From: an uncultured Candidatus Poseidoniales archaeon
GTDB taxonomy: Archaea > Thermoplasmatota > Poseidoniia > Poseidoniales > Poseidoniaceae
NCBI GenBank assembly: GCA_905182635.1
Contig: CAJJCM010000033.1
Span: 1 to 50,332, forward strand
Direction: 5' to 3'
DNA length: 50,332 bases
In this document: positions 1 through 8,291 of the stretch, piece after piece
Position numbering within the stretch: position 1 is the first letter of the stretch
How the letters are laid out: each line of letters begins with the position of its first letter
Translations under genes and position numbers: made by a program
The notes under the pieces: generated by a model
What the model was told of the DNA's origin: nothing
The model's database searches: none
The model's input: only the letters and a program-made list of their open reading frames with translations

Positions 1-728
1 GACAATCAAGCCAAACGGCTTGTGCTTCAGGAACCTATCAAGCAGATATAGGTGAAACTTCTTGTGATGATGCTGATGTAGGGCAATATGTTTCAAGCAC
101 TGCTCAATCAACTTATGATCTCGCCGCAATAGGATATTATGTGCCATTTTCAGGTTCTTCCAATCAAACTGCATGCCCACCATTCACTTCGACATCGAGC
201 CTAGGTTCGCAAAGCATAGATGATTGTACACTTGATACTGATTTGGATAGTACCCCCGACTCGATTGATGCAGACGATGATAACGACGGAACACTCGATG
301 GGTTGGATGCTTTTCCTTTAGACTATTCAGAGGATACAGATACTGATGGTAATGGAGTCGGAGATATTTTACAAACAAAACAGGAAGCGAAATTCCAAAC
401 ACAAATGTTGAGGGCAGGAGGCATTGTAATCTTACTGATTGTAATAGGTGCCTTAATCTTCTTCAAACGTAAAAATTCGATTGCAGAATCGATTAAAGAG
501 ATTCCAGCCATGGAATCAAATGTTATGGGCACCACTGCCATAGACGTGGAAACGCCTCTTACTCATCCATCACATCTACAGAGCGGACTGGAGCCATTAG
601 CGACACCTGATGTTACTACACCTGCCGACCAAGTCGATGCTGAGGGATATGAGTGGCTCACTCACTCTGATGGGACTAAATGGTATCGCGTCGCTCAATC
701 GAATTCCGAATGGACTAAATTTGAATAA
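1..728 (+). CDS. Surface protein, C-terminal fragment (5' end lies outside the window): Cys-rich C..G.Y repeats, Asp-rich thrombospondin-type-3-like Ca-binding repeats, one C-terminal TM helix, ~90-aa cytoplasmic tail
   Basis: The frame is open from nt 3 (QSSQTACASGTYQADIGETSCDDADVGQY...) and runs into listed ORF 141..728. Motifs DTDLDSTPDSIDADDDNDGTLDGLD and DTDTDGNGVGD are present. The hydrophobic stretch GGIVILLIVIGALIFF is followed by KRK. Confidence 0.6.
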   Translation, partial: QSSQTACASGTYQADIGETSCDDADVGQYVSSTAQSTYDLAAIGYYVPFSGSSNQTACPPFTSTSSLGSQSIDDCTLDTDLDSTPDSIDADDDNDGTLDGLDAFPLDYSEDTDTDGNGVGDILQTKQEAKFQTQMLRAGGIVILLIVIGALIFFKRKNSIAESIKEIPAMESNVMGTTAIDVETPLTHPSHLQSGLEPLATPDVTTPADQVDAEGYEWLTHSDGTKWYRVAQSNSEWTKFE

Positions 729-777
729 ACTCAATAGTAATCTGGCTCACTCACTGTTACAAAAACGAGGCTCAGCA

Positions 778-2094
778 ATGTCACTTCAACTCGAACAAGA
801 CCAACAAAGTCCAGTTCAGGAGCATTTGAATGAATTAACGGCTCGTGTTACGCTTCTGTTGTTTATGACGACGCTTGCAACTGTTGGGTGGATCACACAA
901 GTTGATGCAATTCTCGATACCGTCCTACGCTCTCTCAATCCATGTGAAGCCGGTTGTCTCAATCTCTTTGACCCTGCTAGATGGAGTGCTCTTCGATGGA
1001 TGACTGCAGCCATTTTGGGTTTCATTACCATCATGCCATTGCTGTTGCACCAAGCATGGTCGTTTGCTCGCCCAGGTTTACTCCCTGCAGAGAGGAGATG
1101 GTTGAAATATTGGTTTGTCGCAGGTACATTAAGCGTATTTTTCGCGGTGATAAGTACAATTGGACTCCTGCTCCCATTGCTGTTTGATACTGGGCATCAG
1201 ACCCATGAATCGATGAAGTTAGATGCTCGCTATGACGCGGTTCACATGCTATCGATTGTGATTGCAGTAATTTGGTCAGAAATCATCGTAGCATGTGCAA
1301 TCTTTGCCATGATGCTTGCAGGAATGTATGGTATGCTCAATGAAGAGACTGCAGATTGGTGGAGAATTCGAATATACGGTGTTGTTCTGTTGCTCTTACT
1401 CGCGTCTTTGCCAGAATTTGGCGGTTTAGCGCTAGTGCTCGGTGTGATTGCCATTGGTACGATTGAACTATGTTCAAGAAAATGGCTTCATTCTCCTGTT
1501 CCAACTTTTAGAGGTCATCAACCAAGAATGGATGCCGAAGGAGGAATTCGAAAAATGTTAATGGTTGACTGTTCATGCAGTGGCGCTGCTCTCCCCCTCC
1601 CAAAACAACTCAAGGCACCGTTCCCAATACATTCTGCACATTCACTGTGCAGTTCAAATTCTGAACGTGAACATCTCTTGGAATTAGCACTTCAACATCG
1701 ATTGACAGATGTCATCATTAGCGGTTGTTCCTCAGAGCCCCTTCCGAATTCATTCAAATCAAATTGTCATGCGATTGGGTGTTCATTACGTGGATTAGAT
1801 TTACTACGAACTCAGTCCCACCGTACATTACCTTCTCCACTCCAGTTGACTGAAATCGAATTAAAAATAGCCAGTCTTCAAGACCCATGGCCTGCCTCCA
1901 GTGTCCCTCAACGAATTTTTTCAATACTTGAACATTCGAGTATAGGTGAACTGATTCTCGATACACGTGAGCATTCAGAATCTTGGGGTATGCAGATTCA
2001 GCCTGAACAAGTCTTGCTTCAACTCGACCCTAATCACCTTTCATCGGTTCTGCAACTCATACAACCCCTCGCAATCCCTACAAGTGTCGTCTAA
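778..2094 (+). CDS. tatC: Twin-arginine translocase subunit TatC with a ~200-aa non-membrane C-terminal extension
   Basis: ORF 610..2094 overlaps the upstream gene, and the in-frame ATG at 778 removes the overlap. It carries the TatC signature HLNELTARV (HLxELRxR) and FARPGLLPAERRW (F.PGL...E+). About six hydrophobic segments end near nt 1485 (GTIELCSRKW). The remaining ~200 codons are hydrophilic and Cys/Ser/Leu-rich. Confidence 0.75.
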   Translation: MSLQLEQDQQSPVQEHLNELTARVTLLLFMTTLATVGWITQVDAILDTVLRSLNPCEAGCLNLFDPARWSALRWMTAAILGFITIMPLLLHQAWSFARPGLLPAERRWLKYWFVAGTLSVFFAVISTIGLLLPLLFDTGHQTHESMKLDARYDAVHMLSIVIAVIWSEIIVACAIFAMMLAGMYGMLNEETADWWRIRIYGVVLLLLLASLPEFGGLALVLGVIAIGTIELCSRKWLHSPVPTFRGHQPRMDAEGGIRKMLMVDCSCSGAALPLPKQLKAPFPIHSAHSLCSSNSEREHLLELALQHRLTDVIISGCSSEPLPNSFKSNCHAIGCSLRGLDLLRTQSHRTLPSPLQLTEIELKIASLQDPWPASSVPQRIFSILEHSSIGELILDTREHSESWGMQIQPEQVLLQLDPNHLSSVLQLIQPLAIPTSVV

Positions 2095-2146
2095 TCCAAT
2101 CCAGTAAAGCCAAGCATTCAAACACTTCACCATTGTCCCTTTGAGT

Positions 2147-4249
2147 ATGAGTCCGAGGTATGGCATACCAGTCATCGTCATACTGCTGCTCGCGAGTTCA
2201 TGGAGTTTCTCGAACAATGAGACGCTTGAACAATGGATGGCTGAAAATACAATCACCATCGAACAAGAAGAAATTAACCTCCTTCCATTGCAAGAGAACG
2301 AACGTTGGTTGGTACTGCTTGTTGATTTTGATGAACATCCAGCAACAGACGCATGGGGGGGGAATCAGGCTCAAACTCTTTTAGATGATGTAGCTCAAAA
2401 TTATATTCTCCAGATGTCTGGTTCAGCAACAGAAATTCAAATTGATGTGAACACAAAAGTTTCTCGAGCAAGTGGGCCCATTTCCGATTACGGGACCGAT
2501 TCAAACGGTGATAGGGATCTGAGTTCGAATGGAACATTTCTCCCAATGCTCTTAGCAAAAGAGACTGTAATAGACCATGAAACCTATGTTGATTGGAATG
2601 AATATGACCTTGATAACGATGGATACGTCGACCGCTTACTCATCCTACACACGACGAAAGGTCAAGAAGAGAATCCAAGTCAAACAACGAGGATTTGGAG
2701 TCATTTCACTCAGTTCGATGAACCAATCGAAGTCGATGAAGGCATAAAAGTCGGACATTACACAATGGCAAGTCTTCGGACAGGGTCAAGTGGCATGGGA
2801 ACAATCCTCCATGAAATGCTCCACCAAATGGGTGCTCTCGACCTCTACCCCGTGCATGACACTGGTCAACTGAATAATTGGCAAGGTGTTGGTGATTGGG
2901 ATATTATGGCGAGTGGGAATTGGAATGGTGGGGGCGTTTGGCCAGCATTACCAACCGCAGCAACCCTCGACCTGTTGGAGGCAAATAGGAGTCAAACCAT
3001 GGACCTTAATTGGCCTGAAAGTGCTCAAGCACCCTGTATCGGTCCAAGTGTACAACTCCAGGGAATGAGTGATAATGGAACCGCTCTAAAGATTCCATTG
3101 AATGAACAGGAAAACGTCTGGATAGAATACCGCTCCAATTCAGGATTTGACCAGCATTTACCAGGCTCAGGAATTCTAGTTACTTACCAAGACAGGAGTG
3201 TCGGCAATGAAGAAAAAAATGAACTGAATCGTGATTCTGACCAACCATGGCTTACGGTAATTGAGGCTGATGGTCGAACCGATTTACGAAACGGTGCCAA
3301 TTCGGGAGAGGCCTCAGACGTGTTTCTCAATGGAGGTACATTTGGCGCACAAGGGATACAAATTTTCACACATGATGGCTTCCTTGTACCTTGGGTAGCG
3401 ACTGTTGAAATCAACATCACGGTACAAATTCATTTCACAGCCCCAAATTGTTCACCGCAATTCCACCTCGATTTACCTGATTTTGGAGGCGTCTATTTGC
3501 AAACTGATGGTTTTCCAATCATTGCAACGAGTGCTGAACCATGCCAACTCACACATGGCCTCAGCCTATCCGATGGAAGAGAATTCAACAACGAGAGTTT
3601 TCTGATTGAGGGTGAAAATATTGAAATCGAGTTGAACTATTCCTCTGAATCAACCGAAAATGCCGTTGCGTCTCTCGAAGGATACATTCATTGTGGTAAC
3701 GATTCGCTCTATTTGAAAACTCAAATATTGACACTTGGTCGTATACCGATAGAAACACTCAGCATCGGAACTCTACCCGCATTCGAATCTTCTACCATTG
3801 AAATTTCTATTGAATCACTTGGAAACTCGACGCAGACGTTCACTGTGTTCCTTGACGGCCCGATATCACGTATTGGAACGGTCTCCAATCAAATATTGCT
3901 CGATGGGAGTGATAAAGCGCTCATTGAAATTCAACCAAATGGCTTACTCGAAGATCGTATGTCGATAAAGGGTGAACTGATTCTTCTCTCGCAAAGTGGG
4001 CACCGTTGGAGTCTCGAAATCGAATACACTGCTGAAGATAGGGAGCGAAGCATTCTCGAAGAATGGCGAACACCCGGTAAATTGCTTGGAAGTGCTGGAA
4101 TTATTTGCATTCTATGGGTATTCGTGGGTATGTTTGAGAGGAAGAAATTACCACGTAAGGTACAACAATCTTCCTCGTTCGATAAACAAGCAGTGCAGAT
4201 TGAGATTCAACAAGATTCAGACGCTTGGGGACGCTCAATTGATGACTGA
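2147..4249 (+). CDS. Secreted, membrane-anchored zinc metalloprotease, M6 (immune inhibitor A)-like
   Basis: HEMLHQMGALDLYP (HExxH..G..D.Y, nt 2810-2824 for HEMLH) is present. The N-terminal signal-like segment is MSPRYGIPVIVILLLASSWSF. There is a C-terminal TM (GSAGIICILWVFVGMF) followed by ERKK and a ~35-aa tail. The ORF track starts at TTG 2141; the ATG at 2147 was chosen. Confidence 0.7.
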   Translation: MSPRYGIPVIVILLLASSWSFSNNETLEQWMAENTITIEQEEINLLPLQENERWLVLLVDFDEHPATDAWGGNQAQTLLDDVAQNYILQMSGSATEIQIDVNTKVSRASGPISDYGTDSNGDRDLSSNGTFLPMLLAKETVIDHETYVDWNEYDLDNDGYVDRLLILHTTKGQEENPSQTTRIWSHFTQFDEPIEVDEGIKVGHYTMASLRTGSSGMGTILHEMLHQMGALDLYPVHDTGQLNNWQGVGDWDIMASGNWNGGGVWPALPTAATLDLLEANRSQTMDLNWPESAQAPCIGPSVQLQGMSDNGTALKIPLNEQENVWIEYRSNSGFDQHLPGSGILVTYQDRSVGNEEKNELNRDSDQPWLTVIEADGRTDLRNGANSGEASDVFLNGGTFGAQGIQIFTHDGFLVPWVATVEINITVQIHFTAPNCSPQFHLDLPDFGGVYLQTDGFPIIATSAEPCQLTHGLSLSDGREFNNESFLIEGENIEIELNYSSESTENAVASLEGYIHCGNDSLYLKTQILTLGRIPIETLSIGTLPAFESSTIEISIESLGNSTQTFTVFLDGPISRIGTVSNQILLDGSDKALIEIQPNGLLEDRMSIKGELILLSQSGHRWSLEIEYTAEDRERSILEEWRTPGKLLGSAGIICILWVFVGMFERKKLPRKVQQSSSFDKQAVQIEIQQDSDAWGRSIDD

Positions 4250-4257
4250 TATCGATT

Positions 4258-5370
4258 TTAGGAACGACCAGGTAACCATCTCTGCATCTGTAAGTAAAAC
4301 CACGTACCCTGCGATTTTAGGGCACAAAGCCATGATTTATGCACACCTTCTGAGAGACGAACTGCAAGACAGGCTGATTCCCAATTCTTCGGAGCCAAAT
4401 CAACCGGTTGTACAAGCCAAGGAGCATGCGCTTCACCGACTGGGGTATCGTAGACTCGCCAACGACTGCCAAATTTAAATCCTGGTCGCAATAAGACACC
4501 CCGTGACATGAGGTCATTGAAAAGTTCAAGTTCAGAAGGTACTTCAATTTCGCTGAGTAATACACTCAGCCATTTTCCTTCTTCTTCACGAAGGTGACGA
4601 CCAGAGAGATGCTCTACTCCGATTGATTGCCAAGGCCAGGTTGACAAATCTGGAATATACCAGCCTGTACCACGAGCGATTCGCTCATCCCATAAATCCG
4701 ACAAGCGTTGTTTCTCATCGTTGGAAAAAGAGTTCCAAAGTCGCTGATTACCATTTGGTTGTGCCATGCCAAGCAAATACATCGTCACATCCATTTCTTC
4801 ATCGATGACGAAGAATTCTGCCAGCATACCGTGTGAATTCACTGTATTTGTCCATTCAAGCATTTCAACCCAGTCGACCTCATCGGTCGTCCATGCCCAT
4901 CGCACATGTGCGACGGGAGGCTCCTTGGAAAATATCTGCTCCCGGCCCCACCGCATTGCCCATGTTGCTTCGGGGATCTCTACCCCCCACTTAGCGGGAA
5001 TGTTTTCGACCGGAATCAAAATCTCACCACCACTACGTGCAGTATCAAAAACTACGCCACGTGCGACCACATCAGGGTTTTGCTTAACAGAATCTCGAAA
5101 CCAATGCTCACTTGGGAGGGGGACATGTCGATGCCAATGACAAAATAAAATTTCTTCGGCTGTAAGACGGATGCTTTCATCACTCTGCATTTCTCCTAGA
5201 CCACTTTTTTGGTACAATCTTGAAGAAAGCGGAGGTTCGATAAACCAACTTCCGTCTCGGTTTATGGGAGGTGACAGGGCTTGAGATGGTGGGAGGTTGG
5301 TCGTCAAAGAAACGCCCAACGGCCGCGTTGTACGTTGACGCGGTGTGAACTTGCGGTTCTGCCTCGCCAT
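4258..5370 (-). CDS. endA: tRNA-splicing (tRNA-intron) endonuclease, two-domain ~370-aa form
   Basis: The C-terminal catalytic domain carries LRPGFKFGSRWRVY (Tyr), GEAHAPWLV (His) and GVHKSWLCAL (Lys). The length fits a fused N-terminal pseudo-repeat plus catalytic repeat, as in homodimeric euryarchaeal enzymes. Confidence 0.75.
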   Translation of the reverse strand: MARQNRKFTPRQRTTRPLGVSLTTNLPPSQALSPPINRDGSWFIEPPLSSRLYQKSGLGEMQSDESIRLTAEEILFCHWHRHVPLPSEHWFRDSVKQNPDVVARGVVFDTARSGGEILIPVENIPAKWGVEIPEATWAMRWGREQIFSKEPPVAHVRWAWTTDEVDWVEMLEWTNTVNSHGMLAEFFVIDEEMDVTMYLLGMAQPNGNQRLWNSFSNDEKQRLSDLWDERIARGTGWYIPDLSTWPWQSIGVEHLSGRHLREEEGKWLSVLLSEIEVPSELELFNDLMSRGVLLRPGFKFGSRWRVYDTPVGEAHAPWLVQPVDLAPKNWESACLAVRLSEGVHKSWLCALKSQGTWFYLQMQRWLPGRS

Positions 5371-5413
5371 GCTACGCCGTCATCAACGCATCATTTGAGT
5401 TGTAGGGTAACCG

Positions 5414-6418
5414 ATGCCCCTATGTGCCTTCACTTCTACGATAGAATGGGGGAGCGAAGTGGTTGACGGCTATCTAGGCTCATTGACAACTGAAGAGCGG
5501 ATGTTGTTGCATTTATGCGATAATAACTTGCCCGAAGGAGAATGGGAGGCCCCAGCAGCACTAACCCAGGCAGGAATTTCTGCAGCTGTTCATGTTCAAC
5601 GTAAACACGTTCCAAGGACCCTCAAGCGCCTTGAAGTACGAGGCGATTTGACAAATTCAAAACGACATGTCCCCGGTGGCAAGCAACGTCGTCAAGTGTA
5701 TGGACTGACACCTGCTGGACGCGAAAAGGCAAGTGCTTTACGAGAAAAAATCCTTTCTCAAACGGTCATTTGCGATGGACAAGAATTCATACTCTCTGAA
5801 TTGCGCAAGGGTGGACAAGCATCGCTTGATTTACTTTCTTTTATTGATGAGGGAATGAATTTCCATGACAATCCTGTCGTTTCACCGGTCTCAAATCCCG
5901 AAGGGATTGCATCTCTCGATGCCCAAGCTGGAGAGCACTTGATTCGTCGCTTATTTGCTCGAGCATGGGAAGATGGAAAAATCACTCGTGATGAACAATA
6001 TTTGCTTTCGGAAGTGGTCGATTTCCTCGGCATGCATCCTGAACGTGTTCGCCGTTTATCAGATGAGGCAAGACGCGAACAAAAGGCACCTCCTCCCGAA
6101 GAAATCTATCTGGATATGCTTCGGCAGGCAATGGTTGATGGCGAATTAGTCGATGATGAAATTGCGCTGCTTGAAACGGTACGAATCGCCTACGGCTTTG
6201 ATCGGTTAACGCATGATAAATTATTGAATGATGCGAAACAATCTCCGATCGTTTCGGAGAAGTATCGTACTTACAAATCTACACTTATCACTGCTTTAGA
6301 TGATGGAGTTATCACCAGCGATGAAGGAGCCATATTGGCAACATTAAGAGAGACTCTCGGTATTTCAGATGCCCAACATGCAAGTTTACTAGCAGAATTG
6401 CGCGATAATATCAAGTGA
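5414..6418 (+). CDS. Winged-helix DNA-binding protein with three C-terminal TerB/DjlA-N-like helical repeats
   Basis: The wHTH pattern is LTQAGISAAVHVQRKHVPRTLKRLEVRGDL...RRQVYGLTPAGREKA. Three ~45-aa repeats follow: EDGKITRDEQYLLSEVVDFLGM, VDGELVDDEIALLETVRIAYGF and DDGVITSDEGAILATLRETLGI. An alternative start is Met at nt 5501 (MLLHL). Confidence 0.5.
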   Translation: MPLCAFTSTIEWGSEVVDGYLGSLTTEERMLLHLCDNNLPEGEWEAPAALTQAGISAAVHVQRKHVPRTLKRLEVRGDLTNSKRHVPGGKQRRQVYGLTPAGREKASALREKILSQTVICDGQEFILSELRKGGQASLDLLSFIDEGMNFHDNPVVSPVSNPEGIASLDAQAGEHLIRRLFARAWEDGKITRDEQYLLSEVVDFLGMHPERVRRLSDEARREQKAPPPEEIYLDMLRQAMVDGELVDDEIALLETVRIAYGFDRLTHDKLLNDAKQSPIVSEKYRTYKSTLITALDDGVITSDEGAILATLRETLGISDAQHASLLAELRDNIK

Positions 6419-6436
6419 ATGGTATCTTAGGAACAC

Positions 6437-7513
6437 ATGAGAGGGTTAGAGATGGGAATGTCCGATGAAGAAGAGGCCGTATACGAAGACCTCAATAATC
6501 TCAAGAACAAATTAAAGGCTGCTGAACAATGTAAAGTTGTTCTTATTGGTGACATCATGATGGATTGTTATATCCACGGGTATGCCAATAATCTCAATTC
6601 AAGAGCGCCTGTCCCGGTCCTCCGTGAAACAATGCGTGAGGAAGATGTCGGCGCTGCAGCACACGTTGGACGAGGACTCAACTCAATGGGATTACAAAGC
6701 CATTTATTTGGTGTTGTAGGTGACGACCGTGCGGGATTAAATATTTTGGAATTACTCGAGGAAGAAGGTGTGGCAACCAGTGGAATCGCTATTCTTGATG
6801 GCCGTACTACGACGGTGAAAACTCGACTCCTTGCAACACGAGAAAGTTTGGTCAGTGATGAACAACTTCTGCTGCGGTGGGATGTCGAAGATGATAATCC
6901 GGTCCCCCAAGATGCTTCATCTTTCCTTTACGACCAAGCGGTTGAAGAAGTGGAAACAGCCGATGTCTTGATTCTTTCAGATTATGGACAAGGTGTGGTG
7001 AATGATGTCGGTGCTGAACGAATCATTAAGGCGGCACGGAATAAAAATGTTCCAATTATTGCCGACCCTAAACTCACCGGCTTGCATCGTACTCACGGCG
7101 TCAATTGGATTCTGTTCCAATCCCAAGGACTCGAATTGATGCGTAGAAGACTTGGAGTCGCCACCGGCAGTGAGGCTGCAATTCAATTGATTGAAGCACA
7201 TAATTGGGACCATTTGGTTGTTCTTTCTGGAGAAGCAGGTGTCACTATTTATTCACGTGATGAAGAAGTTGTGCATGCGCCTTGCACCCTCGCTGATTTG
7301 CGCCAAATGATTGGGTTGATTGACGCTGCAGCTGTAGCAATTGCAGTGGCTATTTCCAAAAAATTAACCGTTCGTAATACTGCATTACTTGCAAATGCTG
7401 CATGTGAGTGCATTTTAGCCGCTGATCGCACAGAATCATTTGTCCTAAGCCGTGATGATGTCATCGACCGCATAGGTGAAATGTCTTGGAACCTTCAAGT
7501 TTCAAAGCGCTGA
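6437..7513 (+). CDS. PfkB/ribokinase-family carbohydrate kinase, RfaE(HldE) domain-I-like
   Basis: VLIGDIMMDCYIHGY...NSRAPVPVL, ILSDYGQGVV, IIADPK and LANAACECIL follow the RfaE-I/ribokinase order. The usual GAGD motif reads GLID (nt 7313-7324). Confidence 0.7.
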   Translation: MRGLEMGMSDEEEAVYEDLNNLKNKLKAAEQCKVVLIGDIMMDCYIHGYANNLNSRAPVPVLRETMREEDVGAAAHVGRGLNSMGLQSHLFGVVGDDRAGLNILELLEEEGVATSGIAILDGRTTTVKTRLLATRESLVSDEQLLLRWDVEDDNPVPQDASSFLYDQAVEEVETADVLILSDYGQGVVNDVGAERIIKAARNKNVPIIADPKLTGLHRTHGVNWILFQSQGLELMRRRLGVATGSEAAIQLIEAHNWDHLVVLSGEAGVTIYSRDEEVVHAPCTLADLRQMIGLIDAAAVAIAVAISKKLTVRNTALLANAACECILAADRTESFVLSRDDVIDRIGEMSWNLQVSKR

Positions 7514-7522
7514 GGTGTTCAA

Positions 7523-8023
7523 ATGAGTGCTTGGCCAAGGCCAACAACTGCAGATATAGGTCTACGTGCATTTGCCTTAAATCCAAGTAGGTTGTTCACA
7601 GAAGCAACACTTGGAATGCAGGATATTCTCCTCTCTGAATCGGCACAAAATTCAATCAATGGGCATATTCGACACACGTCTCAGTGGCAAATTTCAGCAC
7701 CCTATGGTGATGGTGAAAAACAATGGGACTTACTCCTCGTTCAGTGGCTTGAGGAAGTACTTTATCGGTCGGAGGTAAAACTACAATGGCTTATCGATTG
7801 TCAAATCTCAGTTGCTTGGGAATCTGAGGAGGTGGTACTTTCTGCGCAGGTATCATGGGTCAATTCGGAAGAGATAGAACGGGAGGTTGAGATCAAAGCG
7901 GTCACAAGCCATGAATTGCAATTCACTGAACTGGCAGGCGATGAACATGCACTTTCACAATGGGAACAGGTTCCTGACTTTCAGGGCCCAGGATGGTTCT
8001 GTGATGTCGTGTTTGATATTTGA
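7523..8023 (+). CDS. Archease (RtcB activator / RNA chaperone family)
   Basis: The N-terminus TADIGLRAFALNPSRLFTEATLGMQDIL and the C-terminus KAVTSHELQF...WFCDVVFDI match the archease pattern (T-A-D-x-G/A ... KA.T.H.L ... D[IV]). It starts 9 nt after the kinase stop. Confidence 0.75.
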   Translation: MSAWPRPTTADIGLRAFALNPSRLFTEATLGMQDILLSESAQNSINGHIRHTSQWQISAPYGDGEKQWDLLLVQWLEEVLYRSEVKLQWLIDCQISVAWESEEVVLSAQVSWVNSEEIEREVEIKAVTSHELQFTELAGDEHALSQWEQVPDFQGPGWFCDVVFDI

Positions 8024-8259
8024 CCAATATTGGCATTGTATGTCATACGGCTACCGATGTAATATCCGAAAGTATTGACGACCAAATCCATACATTTGTT
8101 GCCCCAGTCCTCAATTGCAAATTCAAACGGAAGAATGAGTTCAAGAATCTCCCAGCCGATACTAAGCAGAAAAAAAAGTTTCCAATTGGTACGGACGAAA
8201 CGACCTGCAGTTGACCAAATTAGAAAATGGGAAAGAGAATACATGTTCAAAAGAACCAT
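7981..8259 (-). CDS. Small integral membrane protein, function unknown
   Basis: The 92-aa ORF has hydrophobic segments (YSLSHFLIWSTAG, KLFFLLSIGWEILELILPF, DLVVNTFGYYIG). It starts 33 nt downstream of the SRP RNA 3' end on the same strand, and its 3' end overlaps the archease stop region convergently by 43 nt. Confidence 0.4.
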   Translation of the reverse strand: MVLLNMYSLSHFLIWSTAGRFVRTNWKLFFLLSIGWEILELILPFEFAIEDWGNKCMDLVVNTFGYYIGSRMTYNANIGQISNTTSQNHPGP

Positions 8260-8291
8260 TCAAAGACCTCAGGAGTGGGAATTCCAATGGT

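Noticed and set aside
610-777. Upstream extension of tatC (the ORF track starts at 610)
   Set aside because: The extension overlaps the 3' end of the preceding surface-protein gene by 119 nt. The TatC signature begins right after the ATG at 778.
4080-4249. PGF-CTERM/archaeosortase-type sorting signal at the protease C-terminus (TPGKLLGSAGIICILWVFVGMFERKK)
   Set aside because: The motif is PGK rather than PGF. The TM is also followed by a ~35-aa tail, whereas PGF-CTERM signals sit at the extreme C-terminus. No archaeosortase gene is in the window.
3996-4478. 160-aa plus-strand ORF bridging the protease 3' end and endA
   Set aside because: It overlaps two strongly supported genes (out of frame with one, antisense to the other) and has no motifs.
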